Source: a virus
Taxonomy: Duplodnaviria > Caudoviricetes
DNA length: 27,242 bases
Reading direction: 5' to 3' (one strand)
Virus record (IMG/VR): IMGVR_UViG_3300037046_000214
Coordinates: 1 to 27,242 of that record
Translations under genes and position numbers: made by a program
Notes under the pieces: model-generated
What the model saw: only the letters and a program-made list of their open reading frames with translations
The model's database searches: none
What the model was told of the DNA's origin: nothing
Shown: in pieces, positions 1 through 6,805 of the stretch
Layout: every line of letters begins with the position of its first letter
Position numbering within the stretch: the first letter of the stretch is position 1

Positions 1-150
1 TCAATGGTGGTCGCGGCCTGAGCGCTAAAACAGCGATTAAAATTCATAATCTTACTGACAGACAGGTCCCCTTAAGCCACCTATGCCCTGAGTTGGCTGA
101 CCAGGTCGGCCAAATTAATAACCTTGAAGCCCAGCATGGTTAAAACGAAC

Positions 151-480
151 TCACCTTTGCAAGCTGGCCTTCTCAATGCTCTGGACAATCCCATTCTTAT
201 CAAAACGGATCACGACTTTCTCTCCTTCGGCGGTGCCCCGGGCATAGAACGGCAAGGCCAGGCCGGTCGCCTTGAGGTAGCCGTAAACCAGCTCGCTGCT
301 TCCGGAGGAGTCTTCCCGCTGTTTAATGGGCCGGCCCATGATGGAGAGGACTTCGGTTTTTGTGGTTTTGCCGATCTGAATCTGTTGGGCGGCTTCATAA
401 TTCACTGGCCGGCCGATCTCTTTGGTGGCGCACCCGGCCAGGAGCAGGATGGCGATAAAGAAGCAGGTAAGGTTTTTCAT
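151..480 (-). CDS. Small lipoprotein, BamE/SmpA/OmlA-like domain
   Basis: Signal peptide with lipobox LLAG-C, followed by QIQIGKTTKTEVLSIMGRP and VVIRFDKNGIV, which are typical of this fold. RBS AAGGAG upstream on the minus strand. Confidence 0.75.
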   Translation of the reverse strand: MKNLTCFFIAILLLAGCATKEIGRPVNYEAAQQIQIGKTTKTEVLSIMGRPIKQREDSSGSSELVYGYLKATGLALPFYARGTAEGEKVVIRFDKNGIVQSIEKASLQR

Positions 481-544
481 GGCGGTTCTCCTTTGCCGCC
501 TACATTAACACGGCTTCCTGCCTCTTACTATCCAAAACTGACTG

Positions 545-582
545 ACCCGAAACCAGCGTGGTTATCGGGTTTTGTTTTTTTT
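545..582 (+). terminator. Candidate intrinsic terminator
   Basis: Hairpin ACCCGAAACCA-gcg-TGGTTATCGGGT (one bulged A) followed by TTTGTTTTTTTT. Confidence 0.55.
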
Positions 583-629
583 GGGGAAATTTCGGACAAA
601 TGATTGTGGAAATTGTCAGGTACAGAGCA

Positions 630-663
630 GGCATTGGACAAAACCGATAGGGGCATTGGACAA
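630..663 (+). promoter_or_regulatory. 12-bp direct repeat GGCATTGGACAA x2, candidate operator
   Basis: Exact copies at 630-641 and 652-663 (22-bp period). The second copy overlaps the first base of the downstream ATG. A further GGACAA lies at 594-599. Confidence 0.5.
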
Positions 664-1010
664 TGGCAAGCGATTTTTTTGAGGATCCGGGGGCGGCGGC
701 AGCCCTGCTGGTGAGATTGTCGATTCAGAGCACCTCCGTCAAGCAAGTGGCCCGCCGTCTGGATAAATCGGACTCATTAATTCATAAGTGGACTGAAGAC
801 GAAGAGGCCCAGGCCCCGAACCTGGAACAGTGGCTGAAAACCCTGGCCATTACCCGGGACTTTGACGGGGTGCGGCGGCTGGCTAAGGCCTGTGGGTTCG
901 TCTGCGTTCGCCGGGGGGCAACTCTCTCCCAGGCACTCCGGGAGCTGGCGGAGGAGTTGGAATCGGCCCCTGAGGAACGGTCACCAGTTCTCAAGGTAAA
1001 ATTCCCATGA
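663..1010 (+). CDS. Phage HTH regulatory protein, CII-like (phage 186/CP76 type)
   Basis: HTH-like segment VKQVARRLDKSDSLIHKWTE, C-terminal LAKACGFVCV pattern, and first position in the early operon. Confidence 0.6.
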   Translation: MASDFFEDPGAAAALLVRLSIQSTSVKQVARRLDKSDSLIHKWTEDEEAQAPNLEQWLKTLAITRDFDGVRRLAKACGFVCVRRGATLSQALRELAEELESAPEERSPVLKVKFP

Positions 1011-1159
1011 AATTACACGACGGCCCCGGAGCCCTGGATGTCCTCGTAACCATCCTGTCTCCGGTGATCGTGGCGGGGTTGGTGGTGATTTATCTCCTGG
1101 GCTGGTGGGTGCAGGGGGTGTGGCGGGTGTGGCGGTGGGTGCGGGGGGAGAGGATATGA
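1007..1159 (+). CDS. 50-aa single-pass membrane protein (not in the ORF track)
   Basis: MKLHDGPGALDVLVTILSPVIVAGLVVIYLLGWWVQGVWRVWRWVRGERI. ATGA overlaps with both neighbouring genes. Confidence 0.65.
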   Translation: MKLHDGPGALDVLVTILSPVIVAGLVVIYLLGWWVQGVWRVWRWVRGERI

Positions 1160-1329
1160 GGTCCCTACAGGGTGAGTCCATTATTTCCCTGTGTATCGAG
1201 AATAGCGTCCGTGAGCACCCTGACCAGGCGGCGGCGGAGATGGTGAAGCTGATCCGGGAGAATGCGCGGCTGGAAGGGGAGTTGTTTATGCTGCGGGAGA
1301 AGCTGAGGGAGTTGGCCCGTGAACAGTAG
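1156..1329 (+). CDS. Hypothetical coiled-coil protein (57 aa, start corrected to 1156)
   Basis: ATG 1156 follows GGAGAGG and overlaps the previous stop (ATGA). C-terminal LIRENARLEGELFMLREKLRELA is heptad-like. Confidence 0.65.
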   Translation: MRSLQGESIISLCIENSVREHPDQAAAEMVKLIRENARLEGELFMLREKLRELAREQ

Positions 1330-2266
1330 CCAGCCGTCAGTAGCCGGTAGTCAGTTGGGTTACCATTGCCCCAAGCTCCGGAGCGATCATCTGCGGTTGC
1401 CCTGTGACCTGAATATCTCGAAGCTCAAGGAGCTGCGGAAGAAATTCCCCAACGCCCTGCTCGGCCCCCTGGAGCACTGCGCCACTTGCAAGGGGAAGGA
1501 ATTGGTGGTGCGGGAAGCGCTGGAGGGGATGTCGGTTGTAAAGCCAAGCGCAGTTTCACCGGAAAATCGTCAAGTAATAGAACAAAACGGAATAATTCCG
1601 CCATTGACTGGACAAGGCCCTCCTTTGCCGGATATGGCGGGAAATTATGACAAGGGTTATGAAAAGTTGGGGGGGGATGTCTTGGATTTGGCCACACAAA
1701 ACAGATCAGAAACGCTCGCTCCCCACTTGGAGAGGAAAACAGCCCCAGGACCGGAGCTCGGTTTTGAAGCCGCCGTCCCACTTTTGAGTGATAATTTGAA
1801 TGATTTTAAAGATGCCGCCCCACTTGGGACAAAAGGGGAAAGTATGCCACAAGTGCAGGTTCAAGCGCCACGGGAAATGCCCGCAGCGGTGAAAGGGCTG
1901 ATCAAAGGACAATTCTGCAAAAACCACCCAGAAGTTGAGGCACGCAAGGATAAGCATGGCGTTTACATGGGGCGCTGCCGGGCGTGCTTGGCGGCGGCGA
2001 TGGCCCGGAACAGGCGGAAACGGGGCGGGAAAGCCGCCGATAAGACGATGACGCCGGCGGTGGCCAGGGATTTGAATAAAGACAAGAGCCCGCAACTTCA
2101 AAGTTCGCAGCCGGGCAACCGGCCGGGCAATATTATTCTGGTCTTCCCTGACAAGCACCTCCGGCTCCGGGACTGGGTGGCGGCCCAGGCGGAGTATTAC
2201 GAACGCACCCCGGCGGCGCAGGTCTTGTATCTGCTGAAGCGGGCCATGGTGACGGGGTTGGAATGA
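1319..2266 (+). CDS. Hypothetical protein with Cys/His Zn-binding motifs and a C-terminal Arc/ribbon-helix-helix-like segment
   Basis: HCPK...C...HCATC and CKNH...CRAC motifs; C-terminal IILVFPD...WVAAQAEYYERTPAAQVLYLLK. Possible second in-frame start at 1844. Confidence 0.55.
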   Translation: MNSSQPSVAGSQLGYHCPKLRSDHLRLPCDLNISKLKELRKKFPNALLGPLEHCATCKGKELVVREALEGMSVVKPSAVSPENRQVIEQNGIIPPLTGQGPPLPDMAGNYDKGYEKLGGDVLDLATQNRSETLAPHLERKTAPGPELGFEAAVPLLSDNLNDFKDAAPLGTKGESMPQVQVQAPREMPAAVKGLIKGQFCKNHPEVEARKDKHGVYMGRCRACLAAAMARNRRKRGGKAADKTMTPAVARDLNKDKSPQLQSSQPGNRPGNIILVFPDKHLRLRDWVAAQAEYYERTPAAQVLYLLKRAMVTGLE

Positions 2267-2436
2267 TGCGGTTCCGGCCCGGCACGCGGGTGCAGTACCG
2301 CGACGGGGTGATTTACCGGGTGATGCCCGACGGGTCCCACCGGCGGGAGGATGGCGGCAAGGCGGGCAAGGCGGCGCGCAAGCGGCAAAAGAAGGAGCGA
2401 AGGGTGGAGAGATCGCAGGTTAAGGGTAAACCATGA
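2263..2436 (+). CDS. 57-aa basic hypothetical protein (not in the ORF track)
   Basis: MMRFRPGTRVQYRDGVIYRVMPDGSHRREDGGKAGKAARKRQKKERRVERSQVKGKP. ATGA overlaps at both ends. Confidence 0.65.
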   Translation: MMRFRPGTRVQYRDGVIYRVMPDGSHRREDGGKAGKAARKRQKKERRVERSQVKGKP

Positions 2437-2684
2437 GTAATAACTCCAAGGGCAAATTGCAGGTGGCTCCGGTTCAACCAACCGTGGCCGCCAGGCTGAC
2501 CATTACGGCCTTTACCGATAGGCCCCCGACGGTGGAATGCACGGTGGACCTGATAGGGGCCCTGCGGCTGTTGAGCGCGGCCCTGGCTATAGTCTCCAAC
2601 ACGATTGAGCAGGCGAATCTACCTAAGAAAGCCCAGGCTGACCCCGTGGATAAGAAGCGGGAATACCTGGGGCCAAGGAAATAG
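2433..2684 (+). CDS. Hypothetical protein
   Basis: Translationally coupled ORF with AAGGG RBS that fills the operon. Confidence 0.6.
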   Translation: MSNNSKGKLQVAPVQPTVAARLTITAFTDRPPTVECTVDLIGALRLLSAALAIVSNTIEQANLPKKAQADPVDKKREYLGPRK

Positions 2685-2686
2685 CC

Positions 2687-3295
2687 ATGCCAACACCCTT
2701 GTTGATCGGTTTGTCCGGCAAGGCCGGAAGCGGCAAGAGCACTGCGGCGGATTATCTCACGGAGTTTTACGGCTACGTCCAGTTCGCTTTTGCCGGGGCA
2801 CTGAAAGAGGTGGTGCAGACCGCCTTCCGTTTTACCGACGCACAGATGACCGTCGGCAAGGAGGTCAAGGACCCCCGGGTGGGCAAATCGCCGCGCTGGT
2901 GCCTCCAGCACTTCGGCTCCGCCTTCCGGGAGGTTTGGCCGCCGGTCTGGATCAGTAATTTGCGGCGTGAGATCCTGGATTTTCTCGCCATCAACGGGCA
3001 GCGCCCTATCGTGGTGACCGACGTGCGGTTCCAGGATGAGGCGGAGGCGTTGAAGCGCATGGGTGCGGTGCTGGTGCGTTTGGGGCGCGATAAGGGCCAC
3101 AGGCTGGAAGCCTGTGCCACTGGGGTGCCAGGTCATGTGTCGGAGACGGATCTGGACGGTTGGGAGGGTTGGGAGGCAGGCCGGGGAAACCATGTTATCG
3201 ACAACAACGGCACCATGGATAATCTTTATTGTTGCCTGGATGCAGTTTTAGCGATGGAAGCGGACAAGGCGGAGTTGGCGAAGGCAGCTGGTTAA
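2687..3295 (+). CDS. Deoxynucleoside monophosphate kinase (T4 gp1-like P-loop kinase)
   Basis: IGLSGKAGSGKST P-loop, FAGALKE, SPRWCLQHFG, VVTDVRFQDE, HVSE and IDNNGT motifs. Confidence 0.85.
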   Translation: MPTPLLIGLSGKAGSGKSTAADYLTEFYGYVQFAFAGALKEVVQTAFRFTDAQMTVGKEVKDPRVGKSPRWCLQHFGSAFREVWPPVWISNLRREILDFLAINGQRPIVVTDVRFQDEAEALKRMGAVLVRLGRDKGHRLEACATGVPGHVSETDLDGWEGWEAGRGNHVIDNNGTMDNLYCCLDAVLAMEADKAELAKAAG

Positions 3296-3303
3296 TCTGC
3301 ACC

Positions 3304-5619
3304 ATGGGGAACGCCTTGTCGAGCTTTCAGAGCCACAAAGAGCAGGTCCTGGACCGCCTCAGTTTCGAGAATTTTTACCGGGGCGAGTTGGAGAATTTAA
3401 AGCCCACGGCTGACGACAATTACACGACTCTGTGCCCGTTCCATGCTGATAACAGCCCGAGCCTGTCGGTGAATTTCAAGACGGGCCTGTTTAAGTGTTT
3501 CGGCTGTGACGCCCAGGGGGACGTGTTTAAGTTTTACCAGGACCGGCACGGCTGCGATTTCAAGGAGGCCCTGGCGGCGTTGGGGCGGCAGGCAGGGGTG
3601 GATATGGAGGCGGGCGGGGACGCCCGCCCTACGGGATATTTGAGTCTGAGGCTCAAGGAATTTGCCCTGGCCAAGCGGCTGCCGGAGGATTATCTGGCGG
3701 CCAACGGGGTCCAGGAATTCAAGTTCCCGGACGGGGTGTTCGCCACGGATTTCCAGTACCGGGATGAGCAGGGCAAAGTTACCGCGGTCCGGCATCGGTT
3801 CGCCAACGCCGGCGACAAGAAGTTTCGCTGGCGCAAGGGCGATAAGGTGCAGCTTTACGGCCTCTGGAAGCTGGAGAAGATCCGGGCGGCGGGCTGGTGC
3901 CTGCTGGTGGAGGGCGAGACTGATTCCCTGACCTGCTGGCGGCACGGCATCCCGGCCCTGGGGATGCCCGGCAAGAAGACCTGGAAGCGCTGCCGCACGG
4001 CCCTGGGGGGTTACTTGCAGGATTTACAGGACCTGGAAGTTTTTCTCTGGCAGGAACCGGATGCGGTGGATCTGCCCGCCGAGGTGGCCATGGACCTGCC
4101 CGCCTTGAAGGTGATACAGGCCCCCAAGGAATTTAAGGACCTGTCCGAGGCCTACTGCCAGGGAAAGGATGTCAAGGTCCTGGTGGAGGAGTTCAAGGCC
4201 AAGGCGAAGCCGCCGGAGCCGCCGTCCTTCATGCCGGCGGCGACGGGGTTTTCGCTGTCGGATCTGGGCAACGCCCGGCGCCTGGTGGGCCTGCACGGCC
4301 AGGACATGCGCTACTGCCATCTCAACAAGAAGTGGTACTGCTGGGGGGGCCAGGTTTGGCAGGTGGACAGCACCGCCCAGGTGGAACGTTGGGCCAAGGA
4401 TGTCCCCGCCGATCTGTACCAGGAGGCGGCGGATTGCCGTGATTTCAAGGAGCGGGAGGCCCGGGCAAAATTCGCTCTCCAATGCGAGGATAGCCGGCGC
4501 ATCCTGGCCATGGTGCGCCTGGCCCAGAGCGAACCCGGGGTGCCCATCCTGCCGGCGGCGTTCGACGCCCAGCCTTGGCTGCTAAATTGCGCCAACGGCA
4601 CGGTTGATTTGACCACCGGGGAGCTGCGGCCCCACGCCCGGGAGGACCTGCTTACTTGCATGGCCCCGGTGGATTATGCGCCCGATGCGCCCTGCGACCT
4701 GTGGGAGAAGTTTCTCTACCAGATCCAGGATGTGGACCGGCTGCCGGCGGCGGCTGACCGGATGGTGCTGTTTCTCCAACGGTCCCTGGGTTATGCCCTG
4801 ACGGGGTCCACGCGGGAGCAGTGCCTGTTTGTGCTATGGGGCGGCGGCGCCAACGGCAAGTCCACCCTGCTCAACCTGGTGAAGGAAGTGCTGGGGACCT
4901 ACGCCATGCACACGCCCACGGAGACACTGCTGGCCAAGAATCGGGGGGGGGACATACCCACGGACGTGGCCCGACTGGACGGACCGCGCCTGGTGACGGC
5001 CTCGGAGGTGGACCGGGGCCGGCGCCTGGCCGAGTCGCTGGTGAAGGAGTTGACCGGGCAGGACACGGTGAGCGCCAGGTTTCTCTATGGGGAGTATTTC
5101 GATTTCAAGCCGCAGTTCAAGTTGTTCCTGTCCACCAACAACAAGCCGGTGATCCGGGGGGCGGACAACGCCATCTGGCGGCGCATCAAGATGATCCCGT
5201 TCAACGTGCAGTTCGGCGAGGGGCTGGACCTGCCGAAGGATGAGGACCTGCCCGACAAGCTGCGCCTGGAAGCGCCGGGGATTCTGGCCTGGCTGGTGCG
5301 CGGCTGCCTCTACTGGCAGCAGGAGGGCCTGGCGCCGCCTGAGGAAGTGACCGATGCCATCGCTGCCTACCGGGCCGAGATGGACGTGCTGGCCGAGTTC
5401 GTTGAGGATTGCTGCCTGGTGGCCCCGGGGTTGTCGGTTACTGCCGGTGACATCTACTCTGCCTATACCACCTGGGCAGGGGAGGCAGGGCTCAAGGAGA
5501 AGGAGCAGATGAAGCAGAGGACGTTTGGGATATGCTTGGCAGAGCGTGGGTTTAGGAAGGACAAGGGTACAGGTGGCAAGCGGTACTGGCATGGGGTTGG
5601 TTTGCGTAGCATCGATTGA
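3304..5619 (+). CDS. DNA primase-helicase, P4 alpha/D5 family (CHC2 Zn finger + TOPRIM + D5_N + SF3 helicase)
   Basis: CPFHADNSPS...FKCFGC; LVEGETD; SDLGNARR; LLNCANGTVDL; Walker A GGGANGKST; VKELTGQDTVSARFLY; AIWRR. ATG 3304 is preferred because it avoids overlap with the kinase. Confidence 0.93.
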   Translation: MGNALSSFQSHKEQVLDRLSFENFYRGELENLKPTADDNYTTLCPFHADNSPSLSVNFKTGLFKCFGCDAQGDVFKFYQDRHGCDFKEALAALGRQAGVDMEAGGDARPTGYLSLRLKEFALAKRLPEDYLAANGVQEFKFPDGVFATDFQYRDEQGKVTAVRHRFANAGDKKFRWRKGDKVQLYGLWKLEKIRAAGWCLLVEGETDSLTCWRHGIPALGMPGKKTWKRCRTALGGYLQDLQDLEVFLWQEPDAVDLPAEVAMDLPALKVIQAPKEFKDLSEAYCQGKDVKVLVEEFKAKAKPPEPPSFMPAATGFSLSDLGNARRLVGLHGQDMRYCHLNKKWYCWGGQVWQVDSTAQVERWAKDVPADLYQEAADCRDFKEREARAKFALQCEDSRRILAMVRLAQSEPGVPILPAAFDAQPWLLNCANGTVDLTTGELRPHAREDLLTCMAPVDYAPDAPCDLWEKFLYQIQDVDRLPAAADRMVLFLQRSLGYALTGSTREQCLFVLWGGGANGKSTLLNLVKEVLGTYAMHTPTETLLAKNRGGDIPTDVARLDGPRLVTASEVDRGRRLAESLVKELTGQDTVSARFLYGEYFDFKPQFKLFLSTNNKPVIRGADNAIWRRIKMIPFNVQFGEGLDLPKDEDLPDKLRLEAPGILAWLVRGCLYWQQEGLAPPEEVTDAIAAYRAEMDVLAEFVEDCCLVAPGLSVTAGDIYSAYTTWAGEAGLKEKEQMKQRTFGICLAERGFRKDKGTGGKRYWHGVGLRSID

Positions 5620-5940
5620 TTGCGCCACTTGCGCCACCTTCCGCCAGGCATTGCGCCACCTGATAACCGTTTGATTCTACTATAATAATAGATCGGTGGC
5701 GCAAGGTGGCGCAATATGTCAGGAACTTCCTTACGTAAGATAATTTTAAGGTTACTTTATGTTTATATACGCCACATCCGCCACCAAGGATAAATTAATA
5801 AGTAATAATAAGAAGTTAACAGGTGGCGCATATAGTGGCGCAAGTGGCGCAAGGTGGCGTATCGGCGGATATTTACTTAAACTGTTTGTATATTAGTAAT
5901 TCAAAAAAGGTTTGGTAATGTTGCGCCACCATGCGCCACC
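5620..5940. repeat. Putative replication origin: clusters of GCGCCAC/GTGGCGC iterons in alternating orientation separated by AT-rich spacers
   Basis: 10 exact 7-mer cores (5622, 5631, 5653, 5696, 5706, 5823, 5835, 5844, 5923, 5933) plus degenerate copies. Directly downstream of the primase-helicase. IHF-consensus match at 5664-5676. Confidence 0.8.
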
Positions 5941-5955
5941 TAAACCTGAGGCGAG

Positions 5956-6099
5956 ATGTTATCAATGAAGACCGTGATAGTTATTTGGTTGCTATTGCTG
6001 GCGTTCTTCTTGGGAGCAGAAGCACATAATGCCTATGTCTGGCACCAGATCGAGCAGCAGGCCCTGGCGGCCGACCTGGTGGAGGGGGAGCAGGAGTGA
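5956..6099 (+). CDS. 47-aa membrane/secreted peptide (not in the ORF track)
   Basis: MLSMKTVIVIWLLLLAFFLGAEAHNAYVWHQIEQQALAADLVEGEQE. GAGG upstream and a hydrophobic N-terminus. Confidence 0.5.
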   Translation: MLSMKTVIVIWLLLLAFFLGAEAHNAYVWHQIEQQALAADLVEGEQE

Positions 6100-6101
6100 G
6101 T

Positions 6102-6150
6102 GGGTCCTTCCTGCTTCCTCAAAAAGGTCGAGGGTCGGAGTTCGATTTTG
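6102..6150 (+). other. Candidate lambda-type cos site (cosQ + cosN)
   Basis: GGGTCCT at 6102-6108 is identical to lambda cosQ. 22 nt later comes TCG-AGGGTCGGAGTT-CGA with partial dyad symmetry. Lies just upstream of terS in a phage with a GpA-type terminase. Confidence 0.65.
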
Positions 6151-6219
6151 CTTTACGTATTAAGTTTTTTTCGGGTGTCGTCAATTGGCAGTTTAGGGGT
6201 GATTTAGGACATTTAGGAC

Positions 6220-6777
6220 ATGACGCCGGGTGATTCGATAGTTAAGGGGCTGCAAGCCGTGGCGATTCACTTTGACCGTTCGGTGCGCCAGGTGCAGCGG
6301 TGGTCTAAGGAGCCCGATTTTCCCAGGTTATCCGGCCGGCGGTTTGATCTGCTCCAGATCCAGGCATGGCTAGATCGGCGGGATGGCCAGGTAACCACCA
6401 GGATGCCGTGCGCTGGAGATCCCCGGCAACCTGAGCTTACGGTAGAGAGCGGCAAGGATTTCTGGGATGGCCAGTCAAAGAAGTACCAGGCCCAGCTCCG
6501 GGAGCTGCAATTGCGCCAGCGGAAAGGTGAGTTGGTGGAGCGCAAGGAGGTGGAACAGCTCTTCGTGGCCCGGATCATGGCGGTGAAACAGGGGCTATTA
6601 AGCCTCTCTAGGGCCTTGCCGCCGCAATTGGTCACGTGCTCTCACGAGCGCGAGATGGCCCCCCTCATCGACAAGGCGGTCCGGGACCTCCTGGAGGCCT
6701 TCGCCAGGCCGCTGCCCGACACGCTGGGGGCTAAATCTGAGGGCCTGATAGCGGCGGAAGTGGCAGATAACCGTTAA
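6220..6777 (+). CDS. terS: Terminase small subunit (Nu1-like)
   Basis: N-terminal winged HTH (VAIHFDRSVRQVQRW), coiled coil ELQLRQRKGELVERKEVE, and position before terL. Confidence 0.85.
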   Translation: MTPGDSIVKGLQAVAIHFDRSVRQVQRWSKEPDFPRLSGRRFDLLQIQAWLDRRDGQVTTRMPCAGDPRQPELTVESGKDFWDGQSKKYQAQLRELQLRQRKGELVERKEVEQLFVARIMAVKQGLLSLSRALPPQLVTCSHEREMAPLIDKAVRDLLEAFARPLPDTLGAKSEGLIAAEVADNR

Positions 6778-6805
6778 CTTTGGTGTTTTAAAAAGGCATC
6801 CGGCT

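Noticed and set aside
1-137. Short minus-strand frames at the left edge (an 18-aa ORF and an ATG at 47 running off the window)
   Set aside because: Too short or truncated to support a call.
124-603. 159-aa + strand ORF
   Set aside because: Antisense shadow of the lipoprotein gene, with a TTG start and no recognisable motif. It also runs through the terminator-like hairpin.
3229-3303. Upstream TTG start of the primase-helicase
   Set aside because: It overlaps the kinase C-terminus and adds sequence with no motif. ATG 3304 lies just after the kinase stop.
5620-5940. Possible CRISPR array or toxin-antitoxin repeat RNA
   Set aside because: The repeats are only 7-10 bp, occur in both orientations with irregular spacing, and have no cas genes nearby. 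An iteron origin fits better.
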